A DNA stretch of 64,000 nucleotides from Bacteroidota bacterium (lineage in GTDB: Bacteria; Bacteroidota; Bacteroidia; Bacteroidales; FEN-979). The notes under the pieces were generated by a model. That model was not told where the DNA came from. It made no database searches and was given only the letters and a program-made list of their open reading frames with translations. The DNA is taken from contig JAPLDK010000075.1 of assembly GCA_026391775.1 (NCBI GenBank), forward strand, positions 89 through 64,088, read 5' to 3'. How positions within the stretch are numbered: the stretch's first letter is position 1; each line of letters opens with the position of its first letter. The position numbers and the translations under genes were made by a program. Below are positions 38,835-47,718 of the stretch, piece by piece.

Positions 38835-39929
38835 TTAATCTTCCCTCACTACCGGGCAATTAAACGGAACCCCGACTTTCTCTCCATCCTTCTTAAGATC
38901 ATCAACAATGGGCTTGATAAGCGGGACCCCATGTTCTTTATTGTATTTTGCGAATTCAAATTCTTTTTCCCCGGATATCAGGATCTCGTCCCGGCCTGTT
39001 GCAATAGGAGAGTTCTTAAGTATACCGATCATGGAATCCATTGAATCCTTAAAGTCCAATAAAGGGCGGAATGCTTCAATATTTATCGCCATAAAGAAAT
39101 GGGAAACACCAGTGGGATCCGGTTTCCCTGGCCCTCCGACATTGGTAAGGAAATTTCCTCCTGACAGGATGGAGCAAAGCACTTCAACGAGCAATGCAAG
39201 CCCGAACCCTTTATAACCGGCTGTAACTTCCATTCCTCCGAGAGGCAGAAGGGCGCCATGGCCCCCGGGCTTTATTTTCGAGGGTTCGTTGGTTACCTGT
39301 CCGTCTTCATCGATCCCCCATCCAATGGGAATATGTTCATGCTTTTTTTCATAGATCTGAATTTTTCCGTACGACACGGCAGAAGTGGCCATATCCAGAA
39401 GATAAGGATAACGCTTGCCAGAAGGGGCTGCCAGGGCAATAGGATTTGTTCCAAGCACCGCTGTTTTTCCAAATGTGGGGGCAACCAGGGGCTGGGAATT
39501 TGTAAGGCTTAGCCCGATCATCCCTTCTCTCAGAGCCATCAGCGCATAATACCCCGCAATACCATAGTGATTGCTGTTCTTTACAGTAATAGCGCTTATT
39601 CCCGCTTCCTTTGCTTTTGCAATGGCCATTCGCATTGCTTTGTGCGACACTACCTGCCCGAGGCCATTCCCACCGTCGATCAGGGCAGTTGAGAGCGTCT
39701 CTTTGACTACTTTATAGGGTGTTTTGGGATCCATCCAGCCTTTACTGATCCGGCTGCCGTAATAAGAACCCAGCCTCTGCATTCCGTGTGATTCAACACC
39801 TCTGATATCAGCGCAAATCAGCACCCGGCCAACTATCTTGGCATCTTCGGCCGGTACTCCGAGTTTTGTCATATAGCGGATTACGAAATCCATCAGATCA
39901 TTCCTGTTAAATCTCAGAGTTGGTTCCAT
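38835..39929 (-). CDS. Ldh_2-family (malate/L-lactate/sulfolactate dehydrogenase type 2) oxidoreductase
   Basis: ADIRGVESHGMQRL motif, 364 aa, and overall family pattern. Substrate cannot be assigned from sequence. Confidence 0.82.
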   Translation of the reverse strand: MEPTLRFNRNDLMDFVIRYMTKLGVPAEDAKIVGRVLICADIRGVESHGMQRLGSYYGSRISKGWMDPKTPYKVVKETLSTALIDGGNGLGQVVSHKAMRMAIAKAKEAGISAITVKNSNHYGIAGYYALMALREGMIGLSLTNSQPLVAPTFGKTAVLGTNPIALAAPSGKRYPYLLDMATSAVSYGKIQIYEKKHEHIPIGWGIDEDGQVTNEPSKIKPGGHGALLPLGGMEVTAGYKGFGLALLVEVLCSILSGGNFLTNVGGPGKPDPTGVSHFFMAINIEAFRPLLDFKDSMDSMIGILKNSPIATGRDEILISGEKEFEFAKYNKEHGVPLIKPIVDDLKKDGEKVGVPFNCPVVRED

Positions 39930-39939
39930 CTTGTTAAAT

Positions 39940-39979
39940 TTACGAATTACGATGTACGATTTATTTCACGATTTACGAT
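39940..39979. repeat. degenerate heptamer tandem array (TTACGAT)n
   Basis: TTACGAA TTACGAT GTACGAT (ttatt) TCACGAT TTACGAT. It lies 11-50 nt upstream of the Ldh_2 ATG and runs straight into the right inverted repeat. Confidence 0.7.
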
Positions 39980-40004
39980 TTCGCTACTTGCTATTTCGCT
40001 ACTT
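39978..40004 (-). repeat. right inverted repeat AAGTAGCGAAATAGCAAGTAGCGAAAT (minus-strand reading)
   Basis: The first 9 and last 10 nt are identical to the left copy at 38802-38821. TAG at 39999-40001 is the lhgO stop codon. Confidence 0.7.
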
Positions 40005-41198
40005 AATATAGTTCTCCACCACCCACTTTGCAAATGGGAAACTGCTTGTAAATGCGGGCGAAACCGCATTCAGCACGTGAATGGTCTGACTGTCGCCTTC
40101 CACCGCAAAATCCATAACAAGCTCCAGGGTTTTCATATTCATAAGCTGGGCACGTATGCCCGGTTTGCTCCATTCGGTGAATCCCGATTTGTCAATCTGA
40201 TGAACCAGTTTGGTAGCCATATTCACGAAATGGGATTTACTGTATTTGGCCATTTCCTCAAATGCCAGGCTGCGGAAGCCAAAGGCGTTGCTCAGGAAAA
40301 GCCTTGCTTCCCATCCCATGATACTGAACAGCTCCTTCATCCTGAAATTGTCCATCCCCTTATAGTTCTCCCTCCAAAATGCAGGGATCGAGGTCGGGCC
40401 GATCTTGATAATGCCATCCACAGTCACCGTATAATGAACTCCGAGAAAGGGATTTTTAAGATTGGGGACCGGATAAATATTAGTCTTTATCGGCTTGTCC
40501 TTTTTCGTGTATTTCAGGTAAATACCTTTGAACGGGATAATCGTGTACTGATGTGAAAACCCGAAATCCTTTGCAATCTTATCGGCGTACAAGCCGGCTG
40601 CATTGATGATCTTGTTGGCTGAAATCTGCAAACCGCTTGTTGTTTCAACCGTATTTGCATCGATTCTAAGCTTATACCCCTCGGAAAAACGGAATTTCAC
40701 TCCGGCCGACTGTAACTCCTTCCTCAGAAAAATGTTGACTTCCACAGGATCAACGGTTGCTGTATTAGGAGAAAACAGGGCCACCTGGGTGGTTTTTGCA
40801 TTCGGATCGATGTCCTTCAATTCCTGCTCGCTGATCACTTTTACGTCCACCCCGTTTCTCTTGCCCCTTTTCTCAAGTTCATAAATACCATCGATCTCCG
40901 ATTCGTTTGTGGCTACCACCACTTTCCGGCATTCATTGATCTTAAGCCCGTTCTTCTTAACATATTCCTTCAATTGGATATTGCCGTCCCGGGTAAACTT
41001 TGCTTTCAGTGAATCGGCCGAATAATAAAATCCGGCATGAAGCACACCGCTGTTCCGGCCGCTGCTGTGATAAGCCACATCCGGTTCTTTTTCAATAACT
41101 ACAATTTCAGCATCCGGAAACCTTGATTTCAATTCCCGGGCAATGGCGAGTCCAATAATGCCTGCTCCTATGATCAGGTAGTCTGCTTGTTCACTCAT
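39999..41198 (-). CDS. lhgO: FAD-dependent L-2-hydroxyglutarate oxidase-like dehydrogenase
   Basis: N-terminal FAD fold (DYLIIGAGIIGLAIAREL), 399 aa, and overall LhgO-like pattern. Assignment is from memory of the family. Confidence 0.7.
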   Translation of the reverse strand: MSEQADYLIIGAGIIGLAIARELKSRFPDAEIVVIEKEPDVAYHSSGRNSGVLHAGFYYSADSLKAKFTRDGNIQLKEYVKKNGLKINECRKVVVATNESEIDGIYELEKRGKRNGVDVKVISEQELKDIDPNAKTTQVALFSPNTATVDPVEVNIFLRKELQSAGVKFRFSEGYKLRIDANTVETTSGLQISANKIINAAGLYADKIAKDFGFSHQYTIIPFKGIYLKYTKKDKPIKTNIYPVPNLKNPFLGVHYTVTVDGIIKIGPTSIPAFWRENYKGMDNFRMKELFSIMGWEARLFLSNAFGFRSLAFEEMAKYSKSHFVNMATKLVHQIDKSGFTEWSKPGIRAQLMNMKTLELVMDFAVEGDSQTIHVLNAVSPAFTSSFPFAKWVVENYIK

Positions 41199-41574
41199 TC
41201 ATTATCAGTCTTACACTATCAACAAAATACTCCGTATCTCCCCTCCAGAATAACTTCCCGTTCTTTTCCGTGTAATGCAGGGTGACAAACTGGCCCTCCA
41301 GATGAGAAAGCTTTTCAGCTACATCCCTACCGGTTACAGAAAACAGAAATTTCTCTGATGCAAGGGCAACATTCTGGTTGCTCTTCACGCTGCTCAGGAT
41401 CATCTCTCCTTCCCAGGTCTTAAAGATCTGGCCGCGTTTGGAGAATTTCTGCAATAAACCTGCCCTGTTACCTTCACTGTAAGTGAAGAAATATTTCCAG
41501 TAGATAAATACTGCGAAGACCACGAGCAGTATCACTATAGTCCAGGTATAAAATTTTTTAATTTTGGATTTCAT
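41191..41574 (-). CDS. hypothetical membrane-anchored protein
   Basis: One N-terminal TM helix (WTIVILLVVFAVFIYW) followed by a soluble ~95-aa domain. It overlaps lhgO by 8 nt. Confidence 0.5.
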   Translation of the reverse strand: MKSKIKKFYTWTIVILLVVFAVFIYWKYFFTYSEGNRAGLLQKFSKRGQIFKTWEGEMILSSVKSNQNVALASEKFLFSVTGRDVAEKLSHLEGQFVTLHYTEKNGKLFWRGDTEYFVDSVRLIMNE

Positions 41575-41695
41575 GGCATGAGAATTTGATATACAAACAT
41601 AGATAAATGAACTGAAAACTAAAAAGCAGAGGGAGGAAAAATTTCAACAATCCAGAGAAAATGACCTCCCGGCTTGAATAAATGTACGAAGGGTT

Positions 41696-44404
41696 TCAAA
41701 CGTTCTCCTTGATCACCTCAAGAAGTTTGTCGATGTTTATTGGTTTTGTGATGTAAGCGTCAAAACCAATAGCCATATACTTCTTCACTTCAGCCATGGT
41801 TGCATATGCAGTTTGAGCAATGACCGGAAGGTCCCTTCTGATCTCCTTGATGATCTTTGTTGCCTCATCGCCCGACATAACAGGCATCTTTATATCCATC
41901 AGGACAATATTAATTTCCGGGTTTGCTTTGCATAATTCCACGGCCTCCCGGCCATCCCTGGCATACAAGGTCTTTGCCTTTGTCTTTTGCAGTACTGTTT
42001 CCAGAAAAAAATAGTTGTCTTCTTCATCTTCCACTATCAGAATAGTAGTGCCTGTAAGATCCTTTGCAACATCTGTTCTTATTTCTTTCTTTTCAGGTTC
42101 GAGAACTTCAATGACAACATCGGGCAACCTGAAATAAAATGTGGATCCGGATCCCATCACAGATTCGACAAAGATCGAGCCCTGCAAAAGATTCGAGATC
42201 TCCCTGCAAATCGACAGGCCCAAACCAATGCCACCGTGTCTTCTGGTGTGCGTGTCGTCAACCTGCCTGAACCTCTCAAATATTATTTCAACCTGGTCAG
42301 CAGGGATACCGATACCGGTATCTCTTACAAAAAACGTTATGTCCTTTCCTTCAACCTTAAATCCATATTCTATCTTACCGTTATCGGTGAATTTAACAGC
42401 ATTATTTAACAGGTTTGACATTAACAATGTCAGTTTGACCTGATCAGTCCGTATTATGACTCCGGAAGCATTTTCCTGAGGCAGGAAAGAAATCGGAATA
42501 TGGTTCTTTTCCTGTTTTACAAGTTCTTTGTTAAGATGACTTTTCAGTGTCCCGAAAAATTCATAGACCGGGAACTCTTCCACTGTCAGCTTCGTTACAC
42601 GGGCCTCCAGCATGGAAATCTCAAACATGGATTCAATGATCTTTAAAAGATGATGGCCGCTGTTATGTATCCTTTTGGCCATCTCCACAATCTCTGAAAC
42701 CGGAAGATCCTTATCAATCAGTTCGCTGAATCCGATCACTGCATTCAGAGGTGTGCGCAATTCATGCGACATGGTTGCAAGGAAAGCTGATTTCAGGCGG
42801 TCGCTCTCTTCCGCTTTTTCTTTTGCCTTTATCAGTTCGGTTTCTGCCTGCTTGCGTTCGGAAATATCCCGCACAATACCAACCGCGCCAAAACCTCCTT
42901 TAAGTTGCATTCCTGCCAGTGACAATTCAATGCTGATGATCGTACCATCTTTTTTGATAGCCTCCAGTTCCATCGTTTTATCCAAGGCGCTGCCTGATCC
43001 TGATTCCCTGTAATGCGCAAATGCCTCTGTTTGCCGTTGATAGTATTTTTCAGGGGCTATCAAATGGTGAAGATTTTGATTCTGGATCTCCTCGAAGGCA
43101 TATCCGAAAATTTTCTCTGCACCGGGGTTCCAGTATATGATCTCGCCTTTGCTGTCGATCATGACGATACCATCCTGGGCCGAAGTACTTATAAGCCTGA
43201 ACTTCTCTTCGCTGGTCCTGAGATCCTCGAGCATTTTTTTACGCTCTGTGATATCCAGTAATGATGCAACGGAATTCTGGGTTCCCGGTATCATATCAAT
43301 CGTGAGCAGAATGCTTTTTATCTTACTTTCACGGTCTGAAAAGGAGAACTCATATTCCTTTGGTGCTGATTTTCCTGCCTCCCTTCGCTCCTGATGGTAC
43401 CTGCTCATTTTTTCCAGGTCCTCAGGAACAATAAATTCAGTCCATTTTATTTTCCCTTCTATTTCATGTTTCGGGAAACCGCATAATTGTTCAAATTTGC
43501 TGTTGGCAAGAACGATGAATCCTTCACTGTCCAAAATGCACGTGGCCGTACCGGTATTTCCAAAAATTCCCCTGTACCAGTTTTCGCTTTTCAGTAATTT
43601 TTCCTCATGTTCCTTCTGTTCGGTAATATCATGTTTAATGGCTACAAAGTGCAGGATCTGACCTTCCTCATCCATGATGGGTGAGATTGAAACCTGTTCC
43701 CAGTATAATTGTCCGTTTTTCTTTTTATTGACCAGCTCGCCTTTCCATTCTTTTCCGCCCAGAATCGTACTCCATAGATTTTTATAAAATGCTTCATTAT
43801 GCTTTCCCGATTTTAAAATGCGGGGATTCTGCCCTACTGCTTCTTCACTTTTATACCCGGTGACCTCTTCAAATTTTGGGTTCACATAAAGGATGGTCCC
43901 ACTATTATCAGTAATTACTACTGAGCTGGGAGCATGATTGATAGCATCATACAACAACTTGACCTGAATCCCTATTTTTTCTCTTATTAAACTTAGTTCA
44001 AGTTCTGCTTTTCGAATCTTCAGAATACCGGATCTCAACTTCAGCGCATTGTCCATTGCCGAGGGTAAACGGTGCAAGCGTTCTTTTACCACATAATCCC
44101 AGGCGCCGGCTTTGATCGAATCTGCTGCCGCTTCTTCCGATAATGTGCCTGTTACAATGATGAATGGGATATTCGGGTCAATCGTTTTTAATAACTTTAG
44201 GGCTTCCAATCCATTGAATTGTGGCAGGTTATAATCACTTAAAATAATATCAGGGTGAAAGTCCTTGACAGCGCTGAGAAAATCTTTTTTTGAAAGTACC
44301 CATTTAAACTGAGAATCATATTGGAGGGAAGAAACTACTTCGTTTTTCAGCAGATCCATGTCATTCTCATTGTCCTCAAGAATCAAAACCTTTAGTGTTT
44401 CCAT
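41696..44404 (-). CDS. hybrid sensor kinase: REC - PAS x3 - HisKA - HATPase - REC
   Basis: N-terminal REC (VLILEDNENDMDLL..ILSDYNLPQFNG), three PAS/PAC units (each ending ..DITE(Q/R)K..), H-box MSHELRTPLNAVIGF, G-boxes DTGIGI and GIGLGL, and C-terminal REC (ILIVEDEEDN..VLMDIKMPVMSG). Confidence 0.9.
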   Translation of the reverse strand: METLKVLILEDNENDMDLLKNEVVSSLQYDSQFKWVLSKKDFLSAVKDFHPDIILSDYNLPQFNGLEALKLLKTIDPNIPFIIVTGTLSEEAAADSIKAGAWDYVVKERLHRLPSAMDNALKLRSGILKIRKAELELSLIREKIGIQVKLLYDAINHAPSSVVITDNSGTILYVNPKFEEVTGYKSEEAVGQNPRILKSGKHNEAFYKNLWSTILGGKEWKGELVNKKKNGQLYWEQVSISPIMDEEGQILHFVAIKHDITEQKEHEEKLLKSENWYRGIFGNTGTATCILDSEGFIVLANSKFEQLCGFPKHEIEGKIKWTEFIVPEDLEKMSRYHQERREAGKSAPKEYEFSFSDRESKIKSILLTIDMIPGTQNSVASLLDITERKKMLEDLRTSEEKFRLISTSAQDGIVMIDSKGEIIYWNPGAEKIFGYAFEEIQNQNLHHLIAPEKYYQRQTEAFAHYRESGSGSALDKTMELEAIKKDGTIISIELSLAGMQLKGGFGAVGIVRDISERKQAETELIKAKEKAEESDRLKSAFLATMSHELRTPLNAVIGFSELIDKDLPVSEIVEMAKRIHNSGHHLLKIIESMFEISMLEARVTKLTVEEFPVYEFFGTLKSHLNKELVKQEKNHIPISFLPQENASGVIIRTDQVKLTLLMSNLLNNAVKFTDNGKIEYGFKVEGKDITFFVRDTGIGIPADQVEIIFERFRQVDDTHTRRHGGIGLGLSICREISNLLQGSIFVESVMGSGSTFYFRLPDVVIEVLEPEKKEIRTDVAKDLTGTTILIVEDEEDNYFFLETVLQKTKAKTLYARDGREAVELCKANPEINIVLMDIKMPVMSGDEATKIIKEIRRDLPVIAQTAYATMAEVKKYMAIGFDAYITKPINIDKLLEVIKENV

Positions 44405-44422
44405 GATGATTCAGATTTTAAC

Positions 44423-44854
44423 TCATACCGTTTTATTGATAAGTGCCCAAAAAGAGCCTATTTTTTTCACTGCTTCCAGGAATTCCATGAAATCAACCGG
44501 TTTCACAACGTAAGCATTGACGCCCAGGTTATAACTCTCGATAAGATCTTTTTCCATCGAAGAAGATGTAAGCATAACAACAGGTATTGTTTTCAGGTTT
44601 TCATCCGATTTTATTATTCTTAAAACCTGAATGCCATCCAATTTTGGCATTTTAATATCCAGAAGGATGACTACTGGTTTTTCTGGCGGACGATGTTGAT
44701 ATTTCCCTTTATAATTAAGGTAATCAAGGACTTGTTGTCCATCGTTCACAACGTCGATCCTGTTTTGAAGTTTACATTCATTAAATGCAGCGAGTGTAAG
44801 TTCAATATCATTTTTATTGTCTTCTGCATATAAAATCGGAGGGATTTTTTCCAT
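44423..44854 (-). CDS. single-domain response regulator (Rcp1-like REC)
   Basis: ILYAEDNKNDIELT..ILLDIKMPKLDG..MLTSS..VKP, 143 aa, with no output domain. Confidence 0.9.
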   Translation of the reverse strand: MEKIPPILYAEDNKNDIELTLAAFNECKLQNRIDVVNDGQQVLDYLNYKGKYQHRPPEKPVVILLDIKMPKLDGIQVLRIIKSDENLKTIPVVMLTSSSMEKDLIESYNLGVNAYVVKPVDFMEFLEAVKKIGSFWALINKTV

Positions 44855-44864
44855 GTCTGTAAAA

Positions 44865-47528
44865 TTATAAGGTTATATAAAATGTTGCTCCTTTATCCAC
44901 TTCACCCTCAGCCCGAATGGTGCCGCCATGCTTATGAACGATCTGTTTTACATTAGCCAGTCCGATACCTGTGCCTTCAAACTCTTCAGTCGTATGCAGA
45001 CGTTGGAAAACGTTGAATAATTTCCCCGCATAAGACATATCAAATCCGGCACCATTATCTTTTATACAAAATGTAGTCTTATCATCCCTGCTGTCAGAAC
45101 AGCCTATCTCAATAACGGCATGCTCAGTCTTTGATGTAAATTTAATGGCATTAGAGAGGAGATTTTCAAATACAACTTGTAACAGGGAGGGATCACCCTG
45201 AATGAAAGGAAGTTTGCTGATCTTAAATTCAATGATTCGTTTTTCCTTTTCTGTTTGAAACTGGTCAATGATCTGTTTGATCATCAGATCAAGGTTTACC
45301 TTTGTTTTGGTAATCGGTTTCCGGCCCAGGCGTGAAAAATTCAGCAATGCATCGATCATTGTCGACATTTTCACTGATGATTCCGTGATTTTATCAAAGA
45401 ACCGTACGGCTTCAGCCGGCGGATCCGTTAGGCTTTTCTTAAGTAATCTGGAGTACCCGTCAATATGGCGCAGGGGAGACCGCAGGTCATGGGAGATGGA
45501 ATAAGCGAATGCCTCGAGATCCTTATTGGCTATTTCCAGTTCAGCGGTCCGTTCTTCAACTCTTTTTTCAAGAGTCTGATTTAACATGAATATCTCTTCT
45601 TCAGCTTTTTTTCTCTCGGTGATGTCATTAACCGACCCGACCAGGTGGGTACAAATCCCGTTACCATCAAATACCGGAGCCACGTTTACAATTCCGGTCA
45701 GTGTTCCCGTCGGATATGTTGAGGTCTCTTCCCAATGGACAAGCTTTTTTGTTTCAATGGCCTCCTGGTACTTTCCATTTACCATAGAAAGAGATGGTTC
45801 CGGTATCACCTCACTTATCTTTTTCCCGACAATGGCATTGATCGGAATACCTGTTATATTAACAAATGCCTGGTTTACCGAAGAAAAACGATAGGACTTA
45901 TTCTCCTCAACATCAAGTAAAAAAATAACATTCCCAACAGTATCAAATATCGAAGATAGTTGTTTCTCACGCTCAGCCAGAGCGTCCCTGGACTGTTGAA
46001 TCTCTGTTAAATCCCGGGCGATTCCCAGAACTCCCAGCAGTCTCCCGGCAGAATCATACATCGGTGTTTTAATAGTCTCAAACAGGCCCTTGTGACCGTC
46101 AATAGCAAACGTCAGAGTTTCCAGATTTGTCCTCGGTCTTCCTTCCTTAACGGCACAATTATCATTATTCCTGAAAAAATCAGCAAGTTCTTTCGGAACG
46201 AAATCGTAATCGGTTTTGCCGAGTATTTCAGCCTCCTTTGCTCCATAGAGACGCTCAAATTCAGGGTTACAAGCAAGGTATACTCCATCAGGATCCTTGA
46301 GCCATATCAGATCAGGAATGGTTTGGATCAGCGTACGCAACCTCATCCTCTCGTTCTCAAGAACTAGTTCGGCTTTCTTTCTTTCAGTGATATCATGGGC
46401 AATGCCAACCATACCTATAATTTTGCCCGCATCGTCCCTTAAAGCTATCTTAGAGATAAGTTCCCACGAAGGTTCGTCCTTGGCATTAACTGAAAATAGT
46501 TCCCGGTTCAATATAGTTTCGCCATTCCTTATCACCCTTTCGTCTTCATTAAAATATTCTTCGGCAAGCTGTTGAGGATAAATGTCAAAATCGGTTTTAC
46601 CAAGAATTGCATTTTCTGAGAGTGGTTCGTTCAGTCCAAGGGTCAAAGCCATCTGTTTCAGATGTGATGGGTTAACAGCGGTTTTCCTGAATTCGCGATC
46701 CTTCACGAATACCGAACTGGGCAAATGGTTTATAAGGGTTTTAAGCAGTATTCTTTCCTGGTCCCTTGCTTCCTCGAGTTGCTTACGTTCAGAAATATCG
46801 CGGATAAATACCAATTCTGACTTTTCTCCCAGGTATGGGAATAATGAAATACTGATCTCGACAGGCCTTCTTTCTCCGCTTTTTAGCAATATATTGGTTT
46901 CATAATTAAAGGGAACCACTTCCCCCTTTATTCTGCGCTGGTAATAATCCAGAACAAGTGTGCGGTCTTCTTCAGCTATAAATTTCAGAAAGGGAGTTCC
47001 TATGACTTCCTCCCTTGAATAACCTGAGATTTCAAAGGGAATATGATTTGCGAAAACCAGGATTCCGTTCTGAACAATAAGAATGCTGTCATTTGCCGAC
47101 TCTACAAGGGCACGGTATTTCTCTTCGTTCTCTTTCAAAGCCAGTTCAGCTTTTTTCCTGACTGTTATATCCTGGAAAAAAATGGCAAGCCCGTCTTGCG
47201 ATGGATGAATGCGGTTTTCAAACCATTTGTCGTACGGTGGGTAGTATTCTTCCATCTGAATGGGAAGCTGTTCCCTCATGGCTTTTTCATAATTCAAATG
47301 AAACGGCTGGCCCACGCCTTCAGGAAATTCAGTCCAGATATGTTTGCCGATCATGGTTTTTGGATCACGCCCGAAAATTTCGCCGGCACGCCGGTTCATA
47401 TACGTGTAACACCAGTTAGTGTCAAGCGAAACAAAGGCATCGGTCATGGTTTCCAGAATATTGATCAACTTGGTGCTTGGCTGTTGAATCGTATTGTCAA
47501 TTTTCTTTTTTTCATCCTTTGGGCTCAT
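44865..47528 (-). CDS. cytoplasmic multi-PAS sensor histidine kinase
   Basis: About 5 PAS/PAC units, H-box SHDLRSPLRHIDGY, G-boxes DNGAGFD and GTGIGLA. I see no TM segments. Confidence 0.9.
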   Translation of the reverse strand: MSPKDEKKKIDNTIQQPSTKLINILETMTDAFVSLDTNWCYTYMNRRAGEIFGRDPKTMIGKHIWTEFPEGVGQPFHLNYEKAMREQLPIQMEEYYPPYDKWFENRIHPSQDGLAIFFQDITVRKKAELALKENEEKYRALVESANDSILIVQNGILVFANHIPFEISGYSREEVIGTPFLKFIAEEDRTLVLDYYQRRIKGEVVPFNYETNILLKSGERRPVEISISLFPYLGEKSELVFIRDISERKQLEEARDQERILLKTLINHLPSSVFVKDREFRKTAVNPSHLKQMALTLGLNEPLSENAILGKTDFDIYPQQLAEEYFNEDERVIRNGETILNRELFSVNAKDEPSWELISKIALRDDAGKIIGMVGIAHDITERKKAELVLENERMRLRTLIQTIPDLIWLKDPDGVYLACNPEFERLYGAKEAEILGKTDYDFVPKELADFFRNNDNCAVKEGRPRTNLETLTFAIDGHKGLFETIKTPMYDSAGRLLGVLGIARDLTEIQQSRDALAEREKQLSSIFDTVGNVIFLLDVEENKSYRFSSVNQAFVNITGIPINAIVGKKISEVIPEPSLSMVNGKYQEAIETKKLVHWEETSTYPTGTLTGIVNVAPVFDGNGICTHLVGSVNDITERKKAEEEIFMLNQTLEKRVEERTAELEIANKDLEAFAYSISHDLRSPLRHIDGYSRLLKKSLTDPPAEAVRFFDKITESSVKMSTMIDALLNFSRLGRKPITKTKVNLDLMIKQIIDQFQTEKEKRIIEFKISKLPFIQGDPSLLQVVFENLLSNAIKFTSKTEHAVIEIGCSDSRDDKTTFCIKDNGAGFDMSYAGKLFNVFQRLHTTEEFEGTGIGLANVKQIVHKHGGTIRAEGEVDKGATFYITL

Positions 47529-47603
47529 AATGATCAGGTAAGGTTGAATTTCTAATCTTTCGTATACTTATCAACTTCAAATTTCAAATATAACGAAATT
47601 AAG

Positions 47604-47618
47604 CCTTGATTGTCAAGG
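47604..47618. promoter_or_regulatory. perfect inverted repeat CCTTGA-ttg-TCAAGG in a divergent promoter region
   Basis: Seen directly. It lies between the kinase start (47528, minus) and the 3beta-HSD-like start (47719, plus). Function is unknown. Confidence 0.3.
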
Positions 47619-47718
47619 ATAACTATCCAGCTGCCTTATCGTAACGGAATAAATTTATTATGTATTTTCGCAAATTATCCTGTATGGCCACCCCATTATT
47701 TAATCTTAAACTATATCA

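Noticed and set aside
41696-47528. Kinase, REC-only protein and REC-containing third gene read as a Detocs-like defensive two-component system
   Set aside because: The third gene is a conventional hybrid histidine kinase with PAS sensors, not a receiver fused to a toxic effector. The first kinase has PAS domains typical of signalling kinases.
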